A stretch of 64,000 bases of DNA from Octopus sinensis (GCF_006345805.1 NC_043003.1:20894001-20958000), one strand, 5' to 3'; positions 11,927-24,009 are shown, counted from the stretch's first letter. The notes: generated by a model not told the origin, from the sequence alone. Made by a program: numbers and translations.

Positions 11927-12343
11927 CCTCACACACACACACACGCACACACACACGCACACACACACTCACACACACGCACGTTAGCTTACAATTTTTT
12001 TTATATATTTGCGTGTCTATGTGTGTAAAGAGGAAGTGGCAGACTGAAAGAGTCACTCACTACAAAAGGTGAATTACTTTCATTTTATTCCTTGCACACT
12101 GTGTGTGTGCGTGTGCGTGTGGTGTAAAACACATTAAGAAAAGCATTTGACATACACACCAGAATGTGAGTTTTCTGTAAATTTTGCTTAATTGGAGTTT
12201 AAATTTTAAAAAGTGGACCTGGCAAAACCCGATGCATTCTACTCTTAAAAATGCTAAGTAAATTGTAATTGAAGAAATCCTATACTGTAGATTTCTATAA
12301 CTGACAAAGGGAGGCAGATAAAATCTGCTTTTATAATAAGAGA
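11830..12343 (-). mobile_element. Possible Helitron/Helentron-like non-autonomous element (5' portion)
   Basis: The minus strand begins A|TCTCTTATTATAAAAG; it has internal (CA)n and is contiguous with the 165-bp array. Confidence 0.45.
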
Positions 12344-13254
12344 TATTTTTGCAGCTATCCTGAGGTGTGAGAAGAAAACACATGTGTCCCATATTTAATG
12401 TGTCGTCTTCTTTTTAAAGATAACAGGATGAGATACGAGAGACATTTGCAGAGTGTATTTTTTAGGTCAAGCAGCCACTTGGAACTAACAATCATTGTAT
12501 AGATTACTTTGGTAAGTTCAATAACTATATGTGGTTTAGCCATCAAATATAGACACCTTGGACAAATATCTTCTATGCAAACTTGGGCTGTCCAACAACA
12601 AAGTAAATGAAATTTAGAAAACTCAAACAACACTTCTTTAAAAGAAACCTGGAATTTTAAATTCCTTTATAATTGTGTGGTGTAGTAAAACACATGGCTG
12701 TGTGATTGAGAAGTTTGCATTAGAATCACATGATTTCAGGTTCAGTCCTACTGCATGGCATCTTGGACTTCTACTATAGCCTTTGGCCAAGCAATGCCTT
12801 GTGAGTGAATTTGGTAGATGGAAACAATATAGAAGCTCGCCATGTGTGTGTGTGTGTACATTGCTTTATGTCAGACAAATGAGAAACGAGTGCTCAATAT
12901 ATGATGTAGAGGATGCTTTTTTTGTTTAATTGAAAACAAAACTGAGAGTTTGTCTCACAACCTGAGTTTCATGCTATAGCAATCTTCAGTTTCAATTTTA
13001 AAAAAAATACATATATTGTACATATTAACAATTCTTGATCTGCATTTTTTTTTGACAATTATGGTCCCTGTTAGTGCAAATGTTTTCATCCATATGCATT
13101 AACTACAGCATTAGAGCACCTTAGACCTTATTTCTAGCAATGTAAGTATTTCTTGACACCCTGGTCACATTTAGTGACAATTATAATTCTCCTTTCTGGT
13201 GAAACATTGCAGACTGGTGTTTATATTAATTTTATACACACACACATATATATA

Positions 13255-13472
13255 CATGAGAGGCTGCTGAAAAGTTCCTGGCTTTAAGGGTATTGCAAAA
13301 GGCCTGGTTGAAGGCCCAACCTTCTGAGTTCATTTACAGAGCTTAGAAAACTGAAGGACCCCTGCAATGATTATGTGAATCTTAGAGGTGAATATGTTGA
13401 ATAAAGTCACAATTAACAGATCCTCCTGTTTTTTTGTCTTTTACCCAAAGCCAGGTACTTTTCAGCACCCCA

Positions 13473-13474
<2 letters not shown>
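13255..13474. mobile_element. Mariner-type MITE, copy 1
   Basis: TIR GCTGAAAAGTTCCTGGC / CCAGGTACTTTTCAGCACCC in TA context. Confidence 0.8.
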
Positions 13475-13523
<49 letters not shown>

Positions 13524-13532
13524 ATACACATA

Positions 13533-13735
13533 AGAAGGGGTACTGAAAAGTTTTTGGCTTTAAGGGCATTGTGAAAAGCCTGGTTGGAGGCTCAACCTTC
13601 TGAATTCTGTTACAGTGCTTAAAAAAACTGAAGGACCACTACAATAAGTGTGTGAATCTGTTGAATAAAATCATAATTAACTGATCCTCCTGTATTTTCT
13701 TTTACCCAAAGCCAGGAACTTTTCAGCGCCCCTCA
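13533..13735. mobile_element. Mariner-type MITE, copy 2
   Basis: Same family as 13255-13474, separated from it by (TA)n. Confidence 0.8.
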
Positions 13736-14584
13736 TATATATATATATATATATATACATACTGCACCCAATGTATTCTGATGAAGTGCCTTCAGGTTAC
13801 GATTTTGTTATGGTTACTTTCCAAAGGTCAGTGAGACATTTCATTCAACAATGACACAGAACAAAAAAAAAAAGAACATGATTCAATGAATTCTTCAGTT
13901 CAAGATCTGGCACGTTCTACCATCAAGCAGCAAGTGGAATGTTGTGAAGAATTCATGAACATTAGAAAACATATATTACTGACTGATTTGTTAAATTCCC
14001 TGAAGAAAAATAATGATTAAAATAAAAGGGAAAAAAAACAAATGAATGTATTTGACAACCTAATATACACATACACACACAGAGCCACTTACAGTGAGAG
14101 AGAGAGAGAATGTGTGTGTGTGTGTGTGTGTGTGTATGCGCACCTGAGTTGTGCATGTATGAAATTTTATATACATAAATATAAATTGTATTTATTCAGA
14201 ATATAATCCATAAATAATTTCACTCCATTTCAACCCGTTTCAAATATTCTACATTATTTACAGGTATTATAAACTCTCTTTAACCCTCAGCACATCGTTA
14301 AGTGCATCATGTCACAGTATGAATTTTCTACTGTGTAGTAACAGGGCAGGGGAAACAATTCTAGAGAAAATGCAATGTCTAAAGGTTAGATATCATGTAT
14401 TTATTTAATAAGGCAATTTTCAATCTTTACAATCTTAGAATGTTCAGTACAAACATTTCACAATCAAATTATTTTAACAGCAATCCTTTTACATGTAACA
14501 GTCAATCTCACAAAAGTTCTATTTGGAAACAATTAACTGAATAAAAATTTAAAAAATAAAGAGAATTTTATTTTTAAATATTAT

Positions 14585-14778
14585 GGAGATGTACTTGCAT
14601 AGCAAGTGACCTGATCTAAGATCGTGTGCAGAAACAAAAACAACTGCAGCATAGAAGATGTTTATAAGTCATTTAAAAACACACGAAAACTGTTAAATTC
14701 ACTTCAACATTTAAATTTAATTTGTCAAAATATTTTCATCGCTCTGAAACTGGGACCTGTTCACTGATAAAATAACAA
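14585..14778 (-). mobile_element. Short repeat with hammerhead-like 5' part (Penelope-tail-like)
   Basis: An inverted partial homolog lies at 15482-15555; a hammerhead-like fold lies at 14721-14771. Confidence 0.55.
14721..14771 (-). ncRNA. Candidate type I hammerhead with variant core GUGAACA (G3:C8)
   Basis: The minus strand reads UUUAUCA GUGAACA G GUCCC-loop-GCGAU GAAA AUAU UUU GACAAA. Stem I has 6 of 7 pairs, stem II 4 of 5, and helix III is palindromic AAUAUU. Confidence 0.55.
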
Positions 14779-14844
14779 TTAGTTCATGGTGTATGTATGT
14801 GTATGTATGTGTGTATGTATGTATGTAAGTATGTATGTATATAT

Positions 14845-15350
14845 GTATGTTGCATTGTTGGGTCGTCGGCGACTAAACCGGCAACCCCACCAAGCTTGCT
14901 TGGTGAGGAGGGTGTTTATTGGACACCCTGCAGGATGAAAAACAAAACCCGTCAAAGGGCGGAGGAACTCTTGAGAGTCAACGGCCACCCAATAAATGTC
15001 TTAAGACTGTATCATGCGCGGGACATAGAAATAATCGGACTGAATACCCGATCGCGTGGTTAAACCATTGGGAGTGAAGGACTCCTAGCCTTTGTTAGGG
15101 CATCCTTCTAGGAGAAGGTAACTCAGGTAACTGGGATAACTCCGACATAAAACCTGCGGCTCAGTGGTTACCGATGATGTTGACTTGTTCTTCTTTTCGG
15201 ATTACGGCTACTGTTGCTTAGTGAGATTGACTCAGTGCACAGCCTTTCCTCACTTTAAAAAAAATCTTGCACAGGCATTGCACGATAACAACATTGATTA
15301 AGCTTTGTGCAATGGCCATACTCGATAACGAGGGGGCAGCCACCACCATG
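14845..15350 (+). mobile_element. GC-rich structured repeat resembling an RTE-LINE 5' UTR
   Basis: Several perfect hairpins plus the motif GGGCATCCTTCTAGGAGAAGGTAACTC...AAAACCTGCGGCTC, reminiscent of RTE 5' regions; bounded by (TATG)n. Confidence 0.5.
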
Positions 15351-15560
15351 TATGTATGTATGTATGTATGTATGCATGAATGTATGTATGTGTGTATGTG
15401 TGTGTATGTATGTATGTATAGATGCATGTATGCATGCATGCATGTATCCATGTATGCATGCATGCAAGCACATACATATGTATGTGAATCTAACGGTTTT
15501 TGTGTGTTTTTTAAATGGCTTATAAACACCTTCCACGCAGCAGTTGTATTTTTAATTGAA

Positions 15561-16234
15561 TTAAGATTTATGTTTTATATTTTTCCTTAGAGCTTCTAGA
15601 AATAAAGGACCTCCCCATAATTTTGAAAAAAGTTTTCTTTCATGATTTAAAGATGACTGAACGTCTTCTGTGCCAGCATGACTCACCATTGATTTAATTG
15701 ACCTTGTCACAGAAGAGTGACCACGACACCTCTTGCTCAACCATTCCTTGGCTGCTTCCATTGCATTTTCACCATCTTCGACAACATGGTCAACAAGACC
15801 AAATGCCAATGCAGTTGAGGAATTAATTATCTTTCCAGTGCTAAATAAATCTAATGCAGAAGTGTGTCCAATGAGTTTGACCAGTCGAGTCCCTCCACCC
15901 CAGCCACTTATCACGCCCATATGAACTTGAACAAATCCAATCTTTGCTTTTGGTGCCATGATTCTGAAGTCACAGGCAGTGGTTAACTCAGCACCACCTC
16001 CTAAAGCAACTCCTTCAATTAATGCCACACTAATAAGAGGAAGTCTACTGAGTTTAGTGAGGGCATTTTGCATCATAGATGACATTTCTTCACCAGAATC
16101 AGTCAAGCTTGTAACAACCTTTAAATCACCACCAGAACAGAATGTATTAGCAGCTCCAGCCATCAGCAATCCTTTACCAGATTTCCAGTTTTCTAATTCA
16201 TTAATGGCATCAAACAGGTCCAACATCATCTTTC
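15561..16234 (-). CDS. ECHDC1: ECHDC1 last coding exon
   Basis: ttttag|GA AAG ATG ATG; open frame to the stop at 15561-63. Confidence 0.95.
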
Positions 16235-19200
16235 CTAAAAGAAAAGAAAACAAATACATAACACATAGAAAAAAAAAACTGCAAACATATATTGGTTTGA
16301 TCTTAGACATATGCAGAGCCAGCACCCTAGGCCAGCCCTACAATGGCTGCCATGTGTGTCCTTCTCTTAGTCCAACAATGAGAATTACCTTCTCCCATCT
16401 TTGCTACATCCTCCAATCAGGGCCAGGTTAAGACTCATTGAGCCCTTAAGCACTTAAAAGATCTTGATGACCTCATATATATGTAATTCAAAATATAAAC
16501 CATGATAAATCATAAAATCAATTTTTATTATTTTTAAATGAAACAATACTAACAGTAAGATAGAAAATAACGCTTATTTTGTATGCCTCCACTTTATTTA
16601 TATTTGAAAAGTTTTCTCCTACTTTTTTAATTGCAAAATCTTTGACCAGGAGTGGCTGAGTGGTAAGTAGCTAGCTTACCAGCCACATGATTTTGGGTTC
16701 AGTCCCACTGGGTGGTACCTTGGGCAAGTGTCTTCTATTATAGCCTCGGGCCGACCAAAGCCTTGTGAGTGGACCTGGTAGACGGAAATTGAAAGAAGCC
16801 CATTGTATGTATATATATATATGTATGTGTGTGTCTGTTTCTGTGTTTGTCGCTCCTCATCACCATTGCTCGACAACCGATGTTGGTGTGTTTACATCCC
16901 CGTAACTTAGCGGTTCAGCAAAAAGAGACCGATAGAATAAGTACTAGGCTTACAAAGAACAAGTCATGGGGTCGATTTGTTTCGACTAAAGGCGGTGCTC
17001 CAGCATGGCAGCAGTCAAATGACTGAAACAAGTGAAAGAGTTTCTTAATATGACACCATGAACATTTCGAAATTATACTTCCGATCATATAAATCACTTC
17101 AAACATTATTTTAGCAAGGTTAAAGAGATTTCTTTTTGTGCTGTAAACTATTTATCATTCCTGAGGTGCTGCTACTTCCCGTGACTCCCTAACCATGTGC
17201 TTATCTTGCTTAATGGTTAATCCATCATTGCTTTTGATCATTGCTCTCATTACACCAGCTGAAACTTCAATTGAAAAATTATTACTATTATCATTATTAT
17301 TTTCAAATTCTGTGAAGGTCGACTTTACCTTTCATCCTTTTAGGATCAATAAATTAAATACCAGTGATACACTGGGGTTGATGTAATCAACTAGTCGCCT
17401 CTCTCAAATTCCAGGCCTTGTGCCTATAGTGGAAAAGCTTATTATTATTATTGGTAGTGGTAGTGGTGCATTATTAGAGACATGATTTTGTGTCACATCA
17501 TATTCCAATGAATTTTTTCCTTTGAGTTCAAATTCCACCAAGGTTGACTTTGCCTTTCATCCTTTTGGAATTGATAAATTAAGTACTAGTCAAGCACTGG
17601 GGTCAATGTAATTGACTAGTTCCTTCACACAAATTTTGTGTCTACAGTAGAAAGGATTGGAGGCGCAATGGCCCAGTGGTTAGGGCAGCGGACTCGCGGT
17701 TGGAGGATCGCGGTTTCGATTCCCAGTCCGGGCGTTGTGTGTGTTTATTGAGTGAAAATACCTAAAGCTCCATGAGGCTCCGGCAGGGGGGGGGGCAACT
17801 CTTTGTACTCTTTTGCCCCAACTTTCTTTCATTCTTTCTTTCTGTTTCTTGAGTAACGCTGTGATGGACTGGCGTCCCATCAGACTGGTGGGGGAACATA
17901 TACGCTGTAGAAACTGGAAAATTGGGCCCATGAGCCTGGCTAGGCTTCAAAAGGGTGCATAAAAAAAAATAATAGTAGAAAGGATTATTACTAGCATTAT
18001 TAAATAGCAATATAATAGGTACATCATGGTCAAATGGTTAAGAAGTTCACTTCACAACTATGATGCTTTAGGTTCAATCCTACATTGTGGATGAATGTCA
18101 TTTTGTACAGCCTCATGCTTTGCCCTTACTTTGTGAGTGAAACTGGGTTGCAAGAAACATCATAGAATCCCATCAGTGCATCTATAATTGAAAAGGGTCG
18201 GCCCTGTCACACACTGTATCATGCTGATTTTGTGTGAGAATTATGTTAAGGGTATACATGTCCGTGGACATGCACTTGCACATTAATTCAGTTGATTGAA
18301 AATTGAATTCTCATTGTTAAACAACAGAGACCCATCCAACACCATTAAAACGTCGCCCTTTTCAAGCCTAGCCAGGCTCATGGGCCTGATTTCCCGGTTT
18401 CTGTGGCATATGTGTTCCCCCCAAGCGGGACGGGATGCCAGTCCATCAAAGCGTTACTCAAGAAACAGGAAGAGAGAGTGAGAGAAAGTTGCGGTGAAAG
18501 AGTACAACAGGGGTCACCACCACCTCCTGCCGGAGCCTTGTGGAGCTTTTAGGTGTTTTCGCTCAATAAATACACACAACGCCTGGTCTGGGAATCGAAA
18601 CCGTGATCCTCCGACCACAAGTCCGCTGCCCTAACCACTGGGCCATTGCACCTCCACTCCAACACCATTACCATGGAATAAGTCTTTGGTTTTGTTTTGT
18701 TCCAAATTCTTGACAATAAGAATCACTAAATGGCAGCATGCTGGTAGAATCATTAACATGCCAGGTAAAATACTTAGAGGCATTTCATCTGTCTTTATGT
18801 TCAGAGTTCAAATTCCACCAAGGTCAAATTTGCCTTTCGTTCTTTTTTTTTGGGGGGGGTCGATAAAATAAGTACCAGTTGCACACTGGGGTCAATGTAA
18901 TTAACATACCTCCTTCCCTGAAGTTGCTGGCCTTGTGCCAAAATTTGAAACCAGTAAGATTCATTAATGGTCTCCAGGTTTTAATTGAACTCCTATTCAA
19001 CCTTCTTCAGATACATCAATTGCTCAAGGCTCTATCAGCTTTCACAACAAAATACTTCATTTGTATTGAGAAAAAATACTAAAGTAAAAGTGTGTCTATT
19101 CACCTGAAAAAGCATTTTTATACTGAGGTTGATTCAAAGTAATTTGGGCAATCCCTGATTGTTCATCTTTTGTCAGATCAACTGACCCGCCAGAGAATTT

Positions 19201-19982
19201 TGAGAACTTGAGCCTAACATTTTCAGGAAGAGAATATGAGTCAGCGGAGTGATGGCAGCCTAGGAAACAAAATGGAATAAATCTCAAAAATATGTATATA
19301 ATATTTTTACAAATTAGTCAGAAAAGAAAGGATATTGCCTTTTATTTATTTTTTTAATCTTTCTTTGAGATGGGATGGGAAAAGCCTTCAGAAGACACTA
19401 TGACCTATATACTGTTACAGTAGGAAACAGCATTTCAAAATATTGAGTCTTAAGTGCTAGTATAGTATGCGGTCTACCACATTGTCAAATAGTACAGCCA
19501 AGGTTATCTACCTTAAACGTTCAGTTATAAAGGAAATCAATTTTCCATTATACGGATATGAACAATAAATTATGCAAGCTGAGCCTGAGTGAGATTTTAG
19601 AACTAACATTTTTCTTTGTCATGGATATACTTATGACTACAGCAGTGACTCTAACAGGAAAATCTAAAAATACAATAACTGACTGGTACAATATGTGCCG
19701 CGAGGTGTGTGGAACCATAGTTTATTATGAATGACGAGGGAAGGTAAGGGTTGTCCACGTAGTGGTCATCCCTCTTATATGCATGTAATATAATTTTTTC
19801 TAAAACTTCAAATTTATCAATATGCTAGACCGCTGGTTTTAAATTGATATTAATCAAATTAATATTCAATTTTTCACTCGCCAGATCAGACTGGGCCTGG
19901 TGCAGCCTTCTGGCTCCCCAGACCCCAGTTGCACCGTCCAACCCATGCCAGCATGGAAAGCGGATGCTAAACGATGATGATG

Positions 19983-20030
<48 letters not shown>

Positions 20031-21165
20031 TATGCTGGTTTCAAATGCTGGGCCCCACGAAGGCGCAGTACAAGGTGGTGAAGTGTTATCTTTGAATGTT
20101 GGGCCTCACATAGGCAATGACAAGGAGCAAGACCTATGGCAATATGCAGAGCTTGAGAAGACACTTGAAGCCGAGTGAAATCAGAGTTGTGGCTGTTGCG
20201 AGCATCCTATAAATGGCACCTTTGAAATCATAGAGTGGTCATTGACAGTGTCAAGCATATGGCGCCAGTGGTACACAAAAAGCACCATTACACCCCTTGG
20301 AATTGTTGGTGTTAGGAAGAGTATCCAGCTGTAGAAATCAAGCCAAATCAGACTGAAATGTAGTTCAGCTCTCTGGCTTACCAGTTCCAGTCAAACCGTT
20401 TAACCCATGCCAGCATGGAAAACAGATGCTAAATGATGATGATGATGATGATGATATATATCTTTGCGTGTATGTCTTTTGTGTTTCTGTTTGTCCCCAA
20501 CCACTGCTTGACAACCAGTGCTGGTGTGCTTACAGACCAGTGCCTTAGCAATTTGGCAAAAAAGACCGATAGAATAAGTACCAGGTTTCAAAAAAACAAG
20601 CACTGAGGTTGTTTCACTCGACAAAAATTCCTCAAGGCGGTGTCCCAGCAAGGCTGCATTCTAAGGACTGAAACAATTAAAAGATAAAAGAACAAGTCAA
20701 CTGCGACTTTGGCTTTCTCTTACCAAATTCTTCAACCAGTTACAGAGTACAAATCTAACATCATCATCATCATCATTTAATGTCTGTTTTCCATGCTGCC
20801 ATGGGTTGGACATTTTGACTGAAAACTGGTAAGCCGGGGAGCTGCCACAGGTTCCAATCTGATTTGGCATGGTTTCTACAGCTGGATGCCCTTCCTAATG
20901 CTAACCACTCCAAGAGTGTAGCGGGTGCACTTTACGTGCCACCAGCATGGGTGCCAGTTATGTAACACCAGAATCAACCATGACTACAATCTCCCTTGGC
21001 TTGACAGGTCTTCTCAAGCACAATATATCACCAAAGATATAAGTAAATAAGTAAAAAATATTGTTGTTACTAGATACCATTGTATATTACTGGTTTTATT
21101 GCTCCATAATTCCATAAGTGATGTATTCTTGCTGCCTTTCCATGGAAGAACACTGACTTCAACAT
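15561..21165 (-). CDS. ECHDC1: Ethylmalonyl-CoA decarboxylase (crotonase superfamily), join(21165..21078,19259..19104,16234..15561), 305 aa
   Basis: GT-AG introns with consistent phase 1/1. The protein ...GGSVDLTKDEQSGIAQITLNQPQYKNAFSGKMMLDLFDAINELENW...FCSGGDL...LPLISVALIEGVALGGGAELTTACDFR...WGGGTRL...LWGGP closely follows human ECHDC1 as recalled. Confidence 0.93.
16648..17040 (+). mobile_element. Family A SINE
   Basis: Same sequence family as 35869-36275. Confidence 0.88.
17659..17965 (+). mobile_element. tRNA-derived SINE (family D)
   Basis: Head GGAGGCGCAATGGCCCAGTGGTTAGGGCAGCGG...GTTTCGATTCCC with A/B boxes. Confidence 0.85.
18325..18657 (-). mobile_element. tRNA-derived SINE (family D), inverted partner of 17659-17965
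   Basis: Reverse-complement match over about 300 bp. Confidence 0.85.
19104..19259 (-). CDS. ECHDC1: ECHDC1 coding exon 2
   Basis: tttcctag| acceptor, CAG|gtgaat donor, 156 bp. Confidence 0.9.
19500..19740 (+). mobile_element. Merlin/IS1016-like transposase fragment (N-terminal part)
   Basis: LCKLSLSEILELTFFF...TLTGKSKNTITDWYNMCREVC resembles the Merlin T..DW.NFCREVC motif. Confidence 0.7.
21078..21165 (-). CDS. ECHDC1: ECHDC1 first coding exon (MLKSVFFHGKAARIHHLWNYGAIKPVIYN-G)
   Basis: Acceptor ttttgaag at 21176, ATG at 21165-63, donor G|gtatct; phase 1 matches the next exon and the total length fits the family. Confidence 0.7.
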
Positions 21166-21418
21166 AGTAATAGATCTTCAAAATAAAACAGAAAGAATGA
21201 ATCAACAACAAATGAACAAATAATCCTTTCTATTACAGGCACAAGGCCTGAAACTTTGTAGAAAGGGGATACTCAATTATATTAACTCACAGTCCTATAC
21301 TGGTACCTATTTCATTGACCCTAATTCCTTGGTGGAATTTGAAATCAGGATGTAAAGAAAGATGAATTGCTGCTAAACATTTTTCTTGATGTGCTAGAAA
21401 TTCAGCCTGATCACCACC

Positions 21419-21469
<51 letters not shown>

Positions 21470-22013
21470 TGAATAATAATAAAAAAATTTTTAAAAATAA
21501 ATGCCCTGATGCAGTACCAGACAATGGCTCTCATGGCTTCTGATCTTAACTGATTGGAAGTGTTATCATGTACATTGTTTTGTCTTGGTATAAAAGATGG
21601 GCTGCAGCAAATATTCTGCTCAATACCACAGATTTGCCTGTCAGTTGTTTGACCGTAACCAGTTGACCATGTCCCTTAGTGGCTGATGATATGTGCATCT
21701 CTGACCACGAGCAGAAGTAGTGGGGAGCATCATAGCTGTGTGTTGGAAGGAATTCTTGGAGGTTTGGATAATTCACCTTATTCAGGGACCTTTTGAACAG
21801 GATGGGCTACTCAACCAGAGGAAAATTTTAACTGGGCCCCACCTGCAAGGTCATGCACTGTTTATCTTGATATGAGATCACCATGTTGCGCACATTTCAT
21901 TGTGATGCATGTGCCTGGTGTACCCTTATCAGATGGGTAGTCATGATGGGTATACTGGGCTTCGTATATTTTACCCCAGCGTCACTTTGATGGCATGCAC
22001 TGCTCTCTCACTC

Positions 22014-22044
<31 letters not shown>

Positions 22045-22046
22045 GC

Positions 22047-22078
<32 letters not shown>

Positions 22079-22369
22079 TAATAATAATAATAATAATAAT
22101 AATAATTTCTACTAAAGGCACATGACCTGAAATTTTGGGTGACAGGCCTAGTCTATTAAATTGACCCCTGTGTTTTAGTGGCATTTAATTTATAGACCCC
22201 GAAAGGATGAAAGGCAAATTCAATCTTGGTGGAATTTGAACTCAGAGAGCCAATAATTTCTGAGTGGGGTCAGAAATCAATTACATCAATACCTATGGTT
22301 ATAGAAAAGGTCATAAGACACTCATCAACAGCTTGACAGATGGAAGACAACTTGTGAAATAAAATCGAT

Positions 22370-22570
22370 TTAATGGCAAAGATGATTGCATTCTGAAAAT
22401 TCTTATGTATGACCAACAAGCAGAGAGATACCACAGTAAAGGAAGACTCATCATTCGGTATAAGGATAAGTTGAAGAAATCACTAAAATCTCAACAGATT
22501 AATTTGACAACTTGGGAAAGTTATTGCCTAGATCGATCTGCATGGTATAAAATGTGTCGTTATGCATCAT
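22370..22570 (+). mobile_element. RTE (BovB-like) LINE 3' fragment
   Basis: DDCILKILMY...KGRLIIRYKDKLKKSLK...TWESYCLDRSAW. Confidence 0.7.
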
Positions 22571-22639
22571 AATTTTGTTGGGAATTGGACAAATGTGTCT
22601 ACTGATTGCAGGATATGACTCTTTTATTGTTCTGTTTCT

Positions 22640-22843
22640 TCAATAATAATAATAATAATAATAATAATGATGATAATACCAAAATGAAGTAGATTGACAA
22701 ATTTATTTTTTGAACCAGCTGAAGACACACAAGATATCGAAACAGCGTTCACTAGATAACAATGGCACTCTTCTTTTAATTTTGACTCTACATCTTCAGG
22801 AGGAGTTACCTCAATCCTTTCTATAATAATAGTAATAATAATC

Positions 22844-22875
<32 letters not shown>

Positions 22876-22888
22876 TAATAATAATAAT

Positions 22889-22929
<41 letters not shown>

Positions 22930-22950
22930 TGATGATGATAATAATGAATA
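22640..22950. repeat. (AAT)n microsatellite blocks (also 21418-21480 and 22013-22085)
   Basis: Read directly. Confidence 0.9.
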
Positions 22951-24009
22951 ATGTTTCCAACATTGGCAGGAGGCCTACTATATATAGGGGAGAGGGTTAG
23001 CGATTACCATCAACTCAAATAGTTGACAAGTACTTTGTTTTATTAACCCTGAAAAGATGAAATTCAAAGTTAAGCTCAGCAGTAGTTGAACTTAGTACTT
23101 AAAGAACTTGAACATTAGCTTCAAATTTTGGCATAAGGCCAGAAATTTCAGGTTTTTTGCCTGTTGTTTTGGGGTCAATAAAATAAGCACCAGTGGAGCA
23201 CTGGGGTTCTTTTAATCAACTAGCACCCTTCCCAAAATTTTCAAGCATCTTGCATTCAATAGAAAGATAAAATATTATCATTAATTATTTAGAATTACTC
23301 AGAGAACTGCATGGCACCTTGGGCAAGTGTCATCTACTTATAGCCCCTACCAAATCTATTCACAAGCTTTGTGAGTGGAAACTGAAAGAAGCCCATCATA
23401 TATCTACACAAACACACACACAAAAGGGCGTGCTAAAAAGTTCCTGGCTTTGGGTAAAAGGAAATACTGTTTTTGTTTCTCATTTGTTTTGCAACCAATT
23501 GATCAACTGATTTCCCATATTTTCATGTGTATTTATCGTATCTCAATTGGGCATTGGCTAGATTAAGTTGTGGTTTTCAGCATTGCAAGTCTATGGGCAG
23601 TGTGTGGTTCATAGTCCAGAAATTATGGTACATGAATGTATGTCGTTTTCTTTCCGTGTTGATTATCTTGCATGTTATAGGGGACCCTGATTCATTGAAA
23701 AAACTGTAATGGGACCATCATGTAAAATTTCTTGGAAAGTTTGAGAACCACTGGTCTAGTTGAACCAACTGATTCCAATATTTATTTTTAAACCTACTAT
23801 TTATTCTGTCTGTCTCTTTTTGGAGAACCACAGTAACAGGAGCATAACTAAACCAACACCAGTTGTCAAGTGGTTGTGGAGGGCAAATACAAACACACAT
23901 ACATATATCATTTATATGCATATGACTGGGATGCATCGAACATACAACAATTATTTCATTCAGGTTTCTGCTCTAATCGTTAATCAAGTAAAACTTCTAT
24001 CTTTATGTA

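Noticed and set aside
13770-13850. CTGATGA motif as a hammerhead core
   Set aside because: No GAAA or stem architecture downstream; the same applies to the hits at about 21685, 27475 and 51785.
14845-15000. Canonical HDV-like or twister ribozyme
   Set aside because: Could not place L3/P1.1/J4-2 (HDV) or P1/P2/T1/T2 (twister) consistently; kept only as an unassigned structured candidate.
22715-22760. Hammerhead-like CTGAAGA...GAAACAGCGTT
   Set aside because: No convincing stem II base pairs and no stem I complement.
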